DNA of 64,000 nucleotides from Rhina ancylostomus (GCA_030265395.1 JARFYF010000084.1:105317706-105381705); one strand, 5' to 3'; numbered from the stretch's first letter, positions 24,995 to 38,025 are shown. Numbers and translations: made by a program. Notes: generated by a model not told the origin, from the letters alone.

Positions 24995-25460
24995 CCACGT
25001 AACTGTGATCATGGTAAACCTTATCTCCTGATGCTCTCAACCTATCTGCAACCTTTGACGTGGTTGACCACACTATTCTCCTTCATCCTTCTGGATTCCT
25101 TTGCAGTTTGGTTCCATACTTATCCATGCTGCACAGCCAGAGAAATAACTGACTTCTGTCCGTGTTCCTATCCTCTTTTACTGGCTTGCTTCTATTTCTT
25201 ATCCACATGGAGATTACACCATAAACTAAATGCAGGTATTTCATGTACGCTGAAGGCACCCAGCTTTCCACACCACCATTCGTCTCTGACTTAACACAAT
25301 ACTTACCCAACATCCACTATTGTAAGACCCTCCAAAGGAAGACTGAAGTCATAGTCCCCATTTCAAACTCAGATACTCATCCAACAGCTCCACCTCTTTG
25401 CTAGGTCATACGTCCAGCTTGAACTGGACTATTTGCAACCCTGGTGTTATATCTGGCCCC
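24995..25460 (+). mobile_element. Decayed L2-like RT fragment
   Basis: ctcaacctatctgcaacctttgacgtggttgaccacactattctc resembles the LDLSAAFDTVDH motif, followed by a catgtacgctgaaggcacccag (YADDTQ-like) motif. Confidence 0.6.
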
Positions 25461-26111
25461 TTACTGTTGTGCTACTGAATAAAGATGTCTTACTGTCATA
25501 TGCAGTGTCAGCATCAATGTTATTTTCAAGACTCCACTTGTTTTGTACTGAAATGTTGTTAAAGTCTTCCTCAATATATTTATTTTGGTTATCTTGTTTA
25601 TTTCATTGAATTTACTCCTTTTACTATTACAAACTTATCTTGGCATTGGGTAATGTTCCCCATATTATTACCAGACTGCAGTTTCTGTCCCTTGGGTGTT
25701 TTCTGGTTTCAATTTCTGGGATTATCAGTGTTCAATACAGTTACCAATTCAAATTCTGGTCACCACACTGTAGTGGGTCTGTGTGGTTGTACTGGGATAG
25801 TGGAGAGTGGCTTATCAGCAGTAAGTACAGTTGCTAACTCAAATTCTAAACACTGGCACTTTTTCAGTTTATATTTGAACATAAAAGCAGTAGCAGGAGT
25901 AGGCCAATCTGCCCATTGAGTCTGCTCTGTCATAAGACTATGGCTGATCCAATCTAGCCTCAATACCGCTTTCCTGCTCTCTCCCCATACCCACCTTGAA
26001 TCCCATGCAGTTCAAATATCAGTCAATTGATTTAATTACCTCCTTCCCCACAGCCCTTTATTATATCTAGTTATTTGGAATTTTCAGTTTTTCTATGAGA
26101 TGGACTGATCC

Positions 26112-26432
26112 ATAACAGAGTCATACAGCATTGAAACAGGCCTTCAGCCCACTGTGCTGATCATCGAGTACCTACTTTACACTAATCCTATTTTATTGTC
26201 CACACATTCCCATCAAAATCTTCTGAATTCTCCCACTCATCTATTCACTAGGCACAATAAACAGTAGTCAATTAACCCATCAACCTGAGCAACTTTGCAA
26301 TGTGGGAGAAAACTCAAGCCCGCTGTGAAAACCCACATGGTCACAGGGAGAACGTGCAAACTCCACGCAGACAGCACTGGAAGTCTGGCTTGAGTCTGGA
26401 TCACTGGAGCTGTGAGGCAGTGGCTCTACTTC
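26112..26432 (-). mobile_element. Older V-type SINE
   Basis: tgtgggagaaaact...cacagggagaacgtgcaaactccac, with a CR1-like tail on the left. Confidence 0.75.
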
Positions 26433-26749
26433 CTCATGCTTCTCTGCATTTCCCATGTTAATTCCCCAGTTTCTCAGGGACCAGACTTTAAAGTGAACAC
26501 AACCTGCAAATAAAGTGACCCTCTTGTTTTACATGCCCTTCCTTCGCAGTACAAGTTGCCTTCCATGTAATCAAATGTTCAGTAAGAAAAGACATTTGCC
26601 TCCAATTTCTAAAATTATTCTGAATATACTTTACTCCTCCAATGGAAACCAGGATCTTCCTTTCTTTTATGTTTAATCTTGATATTTTTTATCTCACACA
26701 AAATCAATTACTTATAATAGTTTTACCACATCCCAAACACAACTGTTAT

Positions 26750-27285
26750 CTCCATTTATGTAATACCTTCAATGTACTAAATGCATTTTAAGGCACGTCA
26801 CATTTATTTATTTGATAATAAATAAATATTTTATTATCAAATAAAACAAAATTGACACGTTTACACATAGAGGTATTATAGCGGATGATCAAAAGGTCAG
26901 TCAAGGAAATAGATTTTAGAAGATGTCTCAAAGGAGAAATGAGAGGTAGGGGGCAGACAGGTTTTGGAAGGGAAACTGGACCATAAATCCTATGCAGCTG
27001 AAGGCTGACTGGTACAATTAAATCTAGAGAACGTCAAGAGGCTAAAGTTGGAAGGTTATTGAGTAGGATAAAGTTATTGGGAAGGGGGTGATTCACAGAG
27101 TGACTGCAAAATAACAATGATAATTTTAGAACTGATGTGTTGCTTAACTTGGAGCCAATGCAAGTGAGGAAGCAAAGGATTAAAGGGTGAATAGAACTTG
27201 GCGAACAGGACGTACGAAGTGAGCAGCATTACACTGGATCATCTGAAGTTCACAGAGACGACAGTGAGGGAGGTCTGCCAAGAGT
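26750..27285 (-). mobile_element. L2-like LINE 3' remnant
   Basis: Purine-rich pattern (agatgtctcaaaggag...gggaaactgg...cagctgaaggc) also present at 54520-54800. Family assigned from recall. Confidence 0.5.
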
Positions 27286-27289
27286 CTGT

Positions 27290-27522
27290 TGGCACACGTT
27301 CGTTTCCTCTGCACCAGCCCTCCCCGCATTCCAAAGGCATTTGGGTGGGCAAGTTACTGGGCCACTGGAAGTTGCTCGAAGTGTGCAAGTGACAGAATTT
27401 CGGATGAGTTGATGAGAATGTGAGGAGAATAGAATGGGGTTAGTGTAGGAACAGTGTAAATGGGTGGTCGGTGGTTGGTGCAGTCTTGGTGGGCCAAAGT
27501 TCCATGCTGTTTAACTCCATGA
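27290..27522 (+). mobile_element. Degenerate V-type SINE
   Basis: cattccaaagg...ggccactggaagttgc...gtaaatgggtgg...gtgggccaaag...catgctgt. Confidence 0.65.
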
Positions 27523-28242
27523 CAAGATAGTGAAGGAGTAAAGCACTCACTCTATCCCGTGCACCTACTTCACCACCTTCAGAGACCTTTTGTTCTTCAA
27601 GATTCTCTACCACCCTGCCCTTCACTGCCTACGCTTATTAGTCCTCCAAATGTACATCACTTTGTATTATCAGGATTAAATTCCATCTTCCATTGCTCTA
27701 GCCATCATTCCAGATCGTGGCAGAGCAAGTGATGGAAATCCAGAAAGAGAATGGAGCTGAGGCCAAGATCAGAGTAGCCACAATCTTACTAAAAAGAGAG
27801 CAGGCTTGCCACAGAGTACTTATGTTAACTAAAATTCCCTCTGCTGTTTCTCTTTCTTTACATGTTACTTTTGTTGTTCTCTTTCAATTAAATTTTTTTT
27901 TAATTCCACTTGTTCACTTTGTACTTCAATTGTTTTGACATTTGCAACCGTTTGCTGTTACTTTCCTTCAGCAATAATTTTCAGAGGTGGTCTCTTTCAC
28001 CTTACATTCCATTGCACACCTTTTAGCTTAACTTCTTATTAAATCTACTTCATTAATTATAAAAATCACCTCAATTTCCACCCCCCTTGCAAATGATGCC
28101 ACTGAATTACAGGTTTGAATCCATAGTGCTGCCAATCCTTCAGTACCCTGCACAGGTAGTTAATTGGATATTACTGGGTGTTTGCTTTACTGTGGGTGGC
28201 CATCATTCCCTTACATGCACCTTTTGATAGGGTATTTAAATT

Positions 28243-28390
28243 TTAAATTTTATTTACAGCGTGGGAACAGGCCCTTCCAGNNNNNNNNNNNNNNNNNNNN
28301 NNNNNNNNNNNNNNNNNNNNNNNNNNNNNNNNNNNNNNNNNNNNNNNNNNNNNNNNNNNNNNNNNNNNNNNNNNNNNNNNCTGTGCCGCC
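28243..28390 (-). mobile_element. V-type SINE with CR1-like tail, mostly in an assembly gap
   Basis: Flanks tttatttacagcgtgggaacaggcccttcc and ctgtgccgcc match the two ends of 3023-3276. Confidence 0.65.
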
Positions 28391-28584
28391 TCTGTACACT
28401 GCTGTATCATCAAGCAGTGTTCAGAAGCTGGAGCACAACCTGATTCTTCCCTCTCCTTAGTTTAGAAATAGCAAGGTCATTGACAGCAGTCACAGTTGCC
28501 ATGTCAATCACAATAGATTAACTCATAGTTAACAGAACAAATTTGCAAATTCAGTGTGACTAAAGGGATCATTTTTGTTTGTAC

Positions 28585-28781
28585 CTGTGGGAGTAATGCT
28601 TCGGAATGATGATGATGGAGTAACTGGTGGGGTGACTGGAGGAGTAAGGCTGCCGCTGTTGTGACGCTGCGGTGTTGAAATGCTTCCTCGAGGAATCGTA
28701 CTTGATAATGATAACGATAGTTTAGGCTGAATCTTTTTCTTCAAGGATTCTTGTTCCCGGCGAGCAGCATCTGTCATAAAT
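28585..28781 (-). CDS. JAZF1: JAZF1 (juxtaposed with another zinc finger 1) internal coding exon, equivalent to human exon 3
   Basis: Minus-strand translation (R)FMTDAARREQESLKKKIQPKLSLSLSSTIPRGSISTPQRHNSGSLTPPVTPPVTPSSSFRSITPT(G) matches vertebrate JAZF1 as I recall it. Acceptor ccattgcag|A at 28781 and donor ACAG|gtac at 28585 give a 197-bp exon. Confidence 0.96.
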
Positions 28782-29034
28782 CTGCAATGGCATAACAGAA
28801 CACAGATGATCTGTGGCTTTCTAACAGAAATAAAATGTTTTACAGATCACTTAAACTTTATCAAATTCTTTTAGGCTACATGAGAAGTGCAGAAATGGGA
28901 ATTTGATATCAATTTGCTAAAATTTCTTACATTTTAAAATAAATTAGTAGTCAGGTATGAAACCTAGTATGCAATTCTGCAATGATAAACCTATGGGTTA
29001 AATTGTTAATTATAAAGCCAAATGCTGTACTTGC

Positions 29035-29430
29035 TCAAGTCTCAGCTTGGTTGCTGGTTGAACTCTTATCTCTGAGGTAGAAGAATCTTGTTTAAGCCCC
29101 TTTCCTGGACTTGAAGGCACAAGCCAAAGTAACATTTCAGTGCATTATTAATGGAGGGACACAACACAAGAGAAGACACCTTTTGAGGCATGACATGGAG
29201 ACCTCAACTTGGTGCTTATCTGAACACAGAAATATCCAGTAGCACAACTGGAAGAAAGGAGTTTTCCAAGTAAACCTGGATCAGGTTTCTCTTTTAACTC
29301 ACTAACACTAAAGTAAATTAACTAATTAACTATTAGTACTATCAGGCCATGCACCTTCTGATTGGAAATAATACTTAAAAAATAATTAATTTGCTGCAAG
29401 GTATGATGGGACTTCTGAGGATTTGAAAGA
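29035..29430 (+). mobile_element. Ancient Deu-domain-like SINE remnant
   Basis: ctctgaggtagaag...ggacttga...cagtgcatta pattern; a related inverted piece lies at 10560-10720. Assignment from recall only. Confidence 0.35.
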
Positions 29431-29474
29431 GGCATTTCAGCCAGAGAATCTTCAGCCTCTCAGAATTTTGTACA

Positions 29475-30090
29475 TCTTATTGTTCTAAACTCCTGTGAGT
29501 CAAGGTCAATTCTACTAGTCTCTCTTCATAGGATAACTCCCTCATCCCAGGAATCAATCTAGTGAGTGCAAACTGTAATGACTCCAAGGCAAGTATATTA
29601 TTTGTTGGGTAAGGAATCCAAAATTTCCAAATACAGTCTCAACAAAGTGTTGTGCAATCTCAGTACAAATTCCTTACTCATGTACACTGAACCCCCCCTT
29701 TGTAAAAAGGCCAACATTTCATTTGTCTTTCTCACTGCTTACTATACATTTCACATTGTGTTTTCTGAACCAACATACCAAGTTCCCTATGTACACCAAC
29801 ATCTACTTGTTCTTCACTTATTCTATTTTTCAAGACAGAGATGATAGAAATTTCTTCCTCTAGAAGGTGGTGAATCTTTGGAATTTACTACCCAAGAGGG
29901 CTTTGGAGGCTGAGGCACTCAGTATATTTAAGATGGAGAACAACAGATTTTTAGATACTAATGGAATCAATGGTCGTGGGATTAGTGCCGGAGGGTAATA
30001 ACCGAGGTTAAAAAAAAATCGGCCATTATCTCTCAAAATGGTGGTACAATGATGAAGGGCCAAATGGCCTACTTCTGTTTCTATTTCTTA
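29475..30090. mobile_element. CR1 fragments: inverted 29475-29810 joined to forward 29825-30090
   Basis: The minus part carries RLIPGMRELSYEERL; the plus part carries FKTEM...VVNLWNLLP and the tail. Confidence 0.8.
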
Positions 30091-31423
30091 ATCTTCCTTA
30101 AGTAGTACACAGCCTCTCATTTTCCCTCATTATAGCGTCTCGCTCCCCCCATTATATCACACATCACACCCTTTAAACTTCTTTAAAGCACTTATTAAGC
30201 CACTTGCTATCCACCACTCAGGACAATAGCAAAGCTAGCAAAACATTCCTTACATAAAAGATGTACAAGCTGTATTCTACTTATTGATTAAAAAAAACAG
30301 CTGTAATTTCTAACTTCCAAGGTCAGTTTTGTGTCAGGTAACTATGAACTAAAGTTAAATTCATTATTTTATTTCCTAAAAGAGTTGGTTGTTCTTGGCT
30401 AGAAAATAAAATAGCATTTGCAGTACTAGTACTCAGTCTAATACCTCAAGACAGATTCTTTCTCCATTTCATGCTGGAAATAATCAGAGTTCATGTCTAA
30501 TGTTGGAACTCAGAGCATTGGGACTTAAGTCTAGTGCTGGCAGGACCATGAAATGGCTATAAAAAATGTTAAATTTTACAGTTGCAAACATACAGAAACA
30601 CGACTGCCCCTTGCCATCTGGCAGCTTATTAGTCAATAATATCCGATTATTTGCTCTGACTACTAGAACCCCACATTTAGAATCAACCTTTTACTGTGAC
30701 CAAGTATGTCAAATCTAATTNNNNNNNNNNNNNNNNNNNNNNNNNNNNNNNNNNNNNNNNNNNNNNNNNNNNNNNNNNNNNNNNNNNNNNNNNNNNNNNN
30801 NNNNNNNNNNNNNNNNNNNNNNNNNNNNNNNNNNNNNNNNNNNNNNNNNNNNNNNNNNNNNNNNNNNNNNNNNNNNNNNNNNNNNNNNNNNNNNNNNNNN
30901 NNNNNNNNNNNNNNNNNNNNNNNNNNNNNNNNNNNNNNNNNNNNNNNNNNNNNNNNNNNNNNNNNNNNNNNNNNNNNNNNNNNNNNNNNNNNNNNNNNNN
31001 NNNNNNNNNNNNNNNNNNNNNNNNNNNNNNNNNNNNNNNNNNNNNNNNNNNNNNNNNNNNNNNNNNNNNNNNNNNNNNNNNNNNNNNNNNNNNNNNNNNN
31101 NNNNNNNNNNNNNNNNNNNNNNNNNNNNNNNNNNGTGAGAGACCTCCAAGTCCCTATCTGTAAATCTGGTATTTCTTCAGCACTCCATTGGTTACACCAT
31201 GAGTTTGAAAGAAACATCAAAATAAAAATCCATCTCCAATAAACAAATACAAAAATTCAGACTGAATGTATGAATTTCATAAATATATGAACATTGTTCA
31301 TGTGTTCATACAGTACATGTATGATCAACATGTATGTTCATACTACAGTACAATGCAGTTCATCCATACAGTAGGTAGTGTATATATTAAACCCTTCCCT
31401 GAGAATTCAAGTACAAATCATTT

Positions 31424-31602
31424 TGGTATTGGTATTGGTTTATTATTGTAACTTGTACTGAGGTACAGTGAAAAGCTTGTCTTACAAATCAATCGTACAG
31501 GTCAATTCATTACACAATTACATCGAGTTAGTACAGAGTGCATTGATGTAGTACAGGTAAAAAATCTAATAACAGTATAAAGTGTCCCAGCTACATAGAA
31601 AA
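31424..31602 (-). mobile_element. Rex1/Babar-like 3' tail
   Basis: ggtattggtattggtttattattgtaacttgtactgaggtacagtgaaaa is the reverse complement of the 40260-40330 tail. Confidence 0.85.
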
Positions 31603-34600
31603 TTGAATTACTTGAAACAGTTGAATTAATCTCAACCTTCCCGTTTCCAGCCTATTTTCCAGTTGTGAAGAATGAGGAAAGAAAAAAAAACCTCAAGTTC
31701 ATTCTCCAGAAAGGCAGTTAAGCCTTCAGTGAAATATGATGTAGAAGGTATAAGCTTTAGTAGGTGAGGACAAATGTCACATTATACATTTCTATAAAGT
31801 TCTCTCTCTGGAACTGCTTAAGGGTAAATTCCCAGATTTCATACCTCAGTCCTTTAACACTAAAGATCAATCCATGGCTTTTCACATTGCCTTTAAATTC
31901 TCAGTATCTCCCTTGTGTTTTGATGACCAGAAATACATGGTGCTCAAGGTGTGGTCTAACCAGGAGCATTTAGTTCAAAGAGTATATACTCTTGTTTCAG
32001 AAGGCCAAATAAAGGTGAAAAATCTACAGCACAATTACAATTAATTTATTTGACAGAACAAATATTCTTTATGCCTCAACCAAAAATAACCTCAACTGCA
32101 AAGGTATGCAAGTATTTTGTTTTAGCAAAGAATCAACAAGGAGCAAAGCAGAACAAGTCTCTTCACCAAAGTGGTTACAATGCCAGTATTGCAAGTAAGC
32201 TTATATTTGCACCATCTGTCATTGTGCTTCATTTAAATCCAATAACGACAACTTTTAAAATAAAATTTAAACATCAACTTGCAAACATTTCAGAATTTCT
32301 TTTTGTGAACAAGTAATCCATATCTCCAAAAGCAAAATAATTGTGATCTATGCATTAAAGTATTTGTAGAATTGGTTATATATTAATAAATCTGCAAAGC
32401 TGCTGAAGTTTTATAAGCAGCTTTCAATGTTGCCTTTACGAACAGTTTTTAATACAATTCCAAATGCTGAAAATTTGGCTTAATCTGATGAAAGGGAAAA
32501 AATGATGCAAAATACAAAACAGGAATGATACTAAATTTTGATCATGAAAAGCACAGATTTTGTTAAACCAAAATGGCATAATTTGCTGGTCTGGTAGAAA
32601 TGAAGCAGAAACCCCGCTAAGATGGAAATGGTTTAGCATCTGACGGCATAAGAATGCAAAAGCCTCTAAGGCAACATACAGCAGGAGTTTCCTTCCTCTG
32701 TGTTTGATCCATTTCATAAGCACAGTTAGTGCACAATAATAGGGTTTTCATTAAATAGAAAAAAAAGTGGTTAATAAAGGATAGCCACTACTGAAGGATC
32801 ATTACAAACATGAAAATAGAGAAAGTTTAATAAACCACAGCCTTACTCAACAGTGAAGGAGGGTCAGAGATGGCTAATGAAAAAGATGGGTGCAATAAGA
32901 GAATGGCCCTCCAGCGAATGATATATTAGCAGCAAAATCAGTCACTCAACTAAAAGGTCAATTTAATTCCAAAACTTTTCAAAAAGAATAATATCCATGT
33001 TGCAATGCACAGAAATTTTGTTTTTAATTAGCAGGGGAATTCATTTGGCCAAAAGTGCTAAACAGGTAACAGGACAAGTGCTAACAAGACCGACAGTTTC
33101 AAAGTCCGGATTTAGCACAGAATTTTGATCTTAGTTGCTGATTACCATAATTTGAATTTGTCTGGAGGTGCTACACAAACACCTGCAGATTTGACACTCC
33201 AGTGTTGATTAGAGACAATTTTTATGGATCTCTTGCATGTTGCTAATAAACAATCACAGCTTCTGCCGGTGACTTCCATCATAAGAACAAATACAAAGGC
33301 AGTAACAGGCAATCTCTTTCAGATGAAGTTCACAAAGAACCTCTGGAATAAATGAGGCTTGAATGTTGTTGATATCTTGACAAAGAAACACAGGAAGTTT
33401 GCGAATGTGGTTCATTGGACCTCTTCATCCATCCAATGGCAATGACCCTGAATCGGTGAGCATCTCTCTGAGTGATGAATATCCCTTTAAGTAGTATTTG
33501 AAATCAATATTGACACTGTATTTAGTGTCAATTCAAAAACAGCTGGTTACAGTTAGGAAAGGGCGTTAGTTGAAGCGGTAGCCACCAAAATGCCATGCAG
33601 TCTCTTTAATGAGCACTCACAGGTATTTTAAGTGGCAATGAGGTGTTTAACAAGCCTTCTGGTGGCCATTCCTATTGTTGGCTTAAATTCCTTTATCAAC
33701 GTGGATTTGGATGCTAAACATAGACTAAAACATCATTTTGGCTCAACATCCCCATTTTGGCCATTTCTTTATTTCTTTACAAATATTCATTGAAAATGAC
33801 CCTCAAGACATCCAGTAAGTTTTGTTAAGTGTGTGCATTAGTGACATCTACTAGCACTTAAGTAGCTTTGGTCTAAGTTCTGTTTTAATTAATGGGCAGC
33901 CATTTTGGAATGAGAAGACCCTAAAATCTGTTGATAATTCCCATACTCAGAAGGGAAAAAAAAACTGAATTATATGCATCCTTCATTCAATAGCAAGAAC
34001 CATGACTGAAAATCAGATTTTCCTACCCTGTAAATTGTGAACTCTTGCTGCTACATGAGCTTGGTGCAAACTATTAAAATAATGAATCCAGACTGGACAG
34101 CCCACAAAGAGTGGCCGCCCACATTTCAGTCTGTGTGCCAGATTCGTGTGATGGAAGACTGGAGGAGTGTGCCCTACCCCCAGGTTCATATCTAAAATAA
34201 GGACAGGACTCACACAAAGTTAGAAATATATGGTATAAGGGGGCCTCCTACAGGCTGATAGTTAAAGTTGCACACAACTCCATATCTGTGTGGGAACAAA
34301 ATAAGTGATAGATCAACAATCCAAAAAATCTTGATGGATTTCACTATTTTTGAGGGAAAAAAACATGTATATGTTTTTCCATAGTATTTCAAACATTTGT
34401 ATTATTTACCTTCTTCAACCTTGTAAGATGTTGAAGAGAGAGGAAAAAAAGGGAAAATTTTGTGACCTCAAGATCCTACGAGGAAGCCACAAGGAGACCT
34501 CCACTCAATTGATGTAGCTTCCAATCCAGACTGAAATGATAAAATCCATCTTATAAAACTGGATCAGTTCTACCAGGGTGACTGACAACCATCACTGAAA

Positions 34601-34799
34601 TCATCACTATAATGTTTAATAATGGATGTAAATTGATGTATATGTCAGTGGACAGTTGGAGTAAGGAGTCTGATCCTTTGGACCACTTAACAACATGTTG
34701 CAATGTGCCTTCGATACAAGGTTAGATTGATTATGACTGTACATTACATGGCCTCAATAAGCCACTGTCTTTGACAGCTGGCTCATTATTCTACCCAAC

Positions 34800-35280
34800 T
34801 ACACCCAGTGCATCACAGAAACCAGCCTCCCCTCCATGCACTCTGTCTATAGCTCCCACTGCCTTGGTGAAGCAGCCAGTATAATCAAAGACCCCACCCA
34901 CTGGGGTCATTCTCTCTTCTCTCCTCTCCCATCAGGCAGAAGATACAGGAGCCTTAGGGCACATACTGCCAGGCTCAGGTTCAGCTTCTATCCCACGGTG
35001 ATAAGACTATTGAACTTATATGATGAGATGGACTCTTGACCTCACAATCTACCTTGTTTGACCTTGTACCTTATTGTCTACCTGCAGTGCACTTCCCGAT
35101 AGCTGTGACACTTTACTCTGTATTCTGTTATTGTTTTTACCTGTACTACCTCAATGCACTCTGTACTACCGCAATGCTCTGTCTAATGAATTGATCTGTA
35201 TGAACAGTATGCAAGACAAGTTTTTCCACTGTAGCTCAGTACAAGTGACAATAATAAACCAATATCAACACCAATACCAA
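34800..35280 (+). mobile_element. Rex1/Babar-like LINE 3' fragment
   Basis: CLGEAASIIKDPTHWGHSLFSPLPSGRRYRSLRAHTARLRFSFYP plus tail. Confidence 0.9.
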
Positions 35281-36577
35281 GAATTAAAGAGGTTAAGTTT
35301 GCTCTCTCCTAATAGCAAGGTGGCAGGAACTGGAGCAATGTCATGCTGCTAGTTCACTTCAATGAGTTACCGTTCAGTTAGTGGTGGATGCCCTGTTAGC
35401 TGAACATGTCAGGTGGAATAAAATACAACTTTTTGAAGGGAAGAAAGTTTGAAATTATTCTACAAGCAAATCTGATCTGGAAAACCATGAAGAATGGCAC
35501 AATCAGAAAGTGAGCAGGCTCCAAGATCGTTGCCCTTGAGACCTTGTACCGAGATCATGCAGCTTGTCAGTTATTCAACCACGACAGTCATATCACCACA
35601 CAGACTGCACGGCACCTACTGACACATTTTTTTGTAGAATGGCAAAGAGCCAAGTTTACTGGAGGTTAAATGAAAAGGTGCATAAAGAAATGCTATTGAC
35701 CAATATTGGGAAGACTCTCACTGAAGCCATAGTCAACAGTGGATTTGAAGCCACCAAAGATGAAGGTATCCTCATACCTAATCCTCCCTCTCACATTCTA
35801 CCTCCACCTCAACCAACAATATGTCCTAATTACAAGCATGCTCTTCTTATATCTCTCCTCCTTTTGACAAACCTTGTACCTTTTCATTTCAGATATTCAA
35901 GAACTACAACCTGGCCGAGTATTGGAGGGACGACAAGAAGAGTGATGATGGAGACCATTACTCAATTTCACACTCCCAGCCATCAGCTTCAGTACTGACA
36001 CTGCACACTTCGAGGAGAGCTGAGAGGCAGGTTCTGCAGGTGGTGAAACACCAAGCACAAGTGGCCTGTAGACTGGTAGGAAACAAGGATACTAGAGGTG
36101 CCAGCTAACTGGAAGATGGATTAAGGATGAAATACATCCAAGCTCCTTAACCTAACTTTACACACTTCAGAAAACTCAGATGAAGACATTGGCAGGGAAG
36201 GGTGCAGATGACGACTGATGGATCTGAACAATGAAATGCGAAGTGCATTAGGAATCTCTCCAGAAAGACCAAGTTAGTTGCCAAGGAGCATAGATACATT
36301 TGACACAGGCCTTTGTGCATACCCTGGAGTTTCCCCACCACGTTGCAGTATCTCAGAAATGACAATGCAACTTCCATTGCAGCTCCAGCAACACCCATCC
36401 AAAACCTGAATACAGTAGTGGAGTCTCATACAGCAATGGCATCTCATACAGCTGTAATGTCAGATTGCTTTACTTCTATTCAAGTTCAGCTTGGTGCCAT
36501 TATAGTTGTGAATTACAGTGTGCATGAGAGGCTTGCCAGGAATGAGAGTATTAACATATGAGGAACGTTTGACTGTT

Positions 36578-36910
36578 CTTGGTATTGGTACTGGTTTATT
36601 ATTGTCACTTGTACCAAGGTACGGTGGAAAAACTTGTCTTGCATACCGATCGTACAGGTCAATTCATTACACAGTGCAGTTACATTGAGTTAGTACAGAG
36701 NNNNNNNNNNNNNNNNNNNNNNNNNNNNNNNNNNNNNNNNNNNNNNNNNNNNNNNNNNNNNNNNNNNNNNNNNNNNNNNNNNNNNNNNNNNNNNNNNNNN
36801 TTCTTGTGAATGCTGCTTATCTGATGCTCTGTGCCTGTGATGCTGCTGCAAGTTTTTCATTGCACCTGTGCACACATAGACTTGTGCAGATGACAATAAA
36901 CTGCCTTTCA
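36578..36910. mobile_element. Two Rex1/Babar-like tails back to back across a gap (minus 36578-36700, plus 36801-36910)
   Basis: They match the tails at 31424 and 9925-10030 respectively. Confidence 0.8.
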
Positions 36911-36924
36911 CTGCATTGCATTGG

Positions 36925-37630
36925 TTGAGGTCCCTGTCTTGAACATACTCAACGATTGAGCCTCCACAATGCTCTTGGTTTCAAAACTCCTCTGGCTGAT
37001 GAAAATGATGGGTTGGCCAGTCAGGAATGAGATAAGAACTTTGGTCCCACCTCAAACCTAAATGGCTGACCCCTAACTTTGAGACTGTGACCGTGGTTCT
37101 GGACACCCCTGCAGGAGAAGCACCATCCCAGCATCTATCTTATTCAGTCCGGTAAGAATTTTGGATATTTCAATGAGACCTCTGCAGAATATAGAACCAG
37201 GCTGCTTAACCTTTTCTCGCACAACAAACCTTCCAACCCAGGAATCCATCTGATAAACCTTTGCTGCTTTTTGTCTAATGCAAGCATTTCCTTCCTTAAC
37301 AGGGGAGACCAGACCTGTACACAATACTTCCAAGTGCAGTGTTACCAGGGCCCTATGTAACTGCAGCAGGATGTCTTTATTCTTATACTCTTGTAATAAA
37401 GGCCAATGTACTGTTGAATACTCTTGAAATTCCCCTCATAGCCACACTACTGCCCAGCTTGGAATCATCACAAACTTGGAACATTTAGTGCCCTCGGCCA
37501 AATCATTGATATAAAGGGTGAACAGCTATGGCCCCAGCACCCATCCTTGCAGTGTCCTACCAGTCACTGAACATGGTCATTTATTCCTACTGTCTATCCT
37601 TAAATCAATCTACACCAATATATCATCCCT
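36925..37630 (-). mobile_element. CR1 LINE fragment
   Basis: Reverse complement gives LEVLC/WSP and LIEISKILTGL motifs and an RT-core remnant. Confidence 0.8.
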
Positions 37631-37631
37631 A

Positions 37632-38025
37632 ATGAGGGGGGACCTCATAGAAACATTTCGAATGTTATGGGCCTGGACAGAGTAGATGTGGCAAAGTTGT
37701 TTTCCATGGGAGGGGAGTCTAATACAAGAGGGCACGACTTCAGGATTGAAGGGCGCCCATTCAGAACGGAGATGCGGAGAAATTTCTTTAGCCAGAGAGT
37801 GGAGAATCTGTGGAATTTGTTGCCACGGGTGGCTTTGGAGACAAAGTCATTGGGTGTATTTAGGCAGCGATCGATAGGTATCTGAGTAGCCAGGGGATCA
37901 AAGGTTATGGTGAGAAGGCGGGGGAGTGGGGCTAAATGGGAGAATAGATCAGCTCATGATAGAATGGCAGAGCAGACTCCATGGGCCGAATGGCCGACTT
38001 CTGCTCCTTTGTCTTATGGTCTTAC
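37632..38025 (+). mobile_element. Relatively young CR1 3' end
   Basis: GLDRVDVAKLFSMGGESNTRGHDFRIEGRPFRTEMRRNFFSQRVENLWNLLP, with tail ending tcttatggtctta. Confidence 0.92.

Larger units (their letters stand above)
1..28584 (-). other. JAZF1: JAZF1 intron downstream of the exon (probable intron 3, partial)
   Basis: Begins at the GT donor. I did not find the next exon (GSEYDEEE...) by eye. Confidence 0.7.

Noticed and set aside
28529-28777. 82-aa ORF as a standalone gene
   Set aside because: It is the JAZF1 exon read from an internal Met and through the GT donor. The TNKNDPF... tail is intronic.
30663-31242. Long ORFs of 140-185 aa
   Set aside because: Artefacts of translating N runs; the same applies to ORFs over the other gaps.
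31265-31385. AT-rich quasi-palindromic catg/atgta tract as a structured RNA
   Set aside because: Low-complexity sequence with no consistent stem or period.
32660-32690. YVAL peptide as JAZF1 exon 2
   Set aside because: The context LLLYVALEAF does not match QQPTYVALSYINR, and there is no suitable splice structure.
33500-34210. Second Harbinger-like fragment (PYP-like motif near 34170)
   Set aside because: The similarity is too short and degenerate to support without a search.
35564-35998. 144-aa ORF as a novel protein
   Set aside because: It reads through a probable intron of the decayed Harbinger accessory gene; there is no sign of an intact gene.
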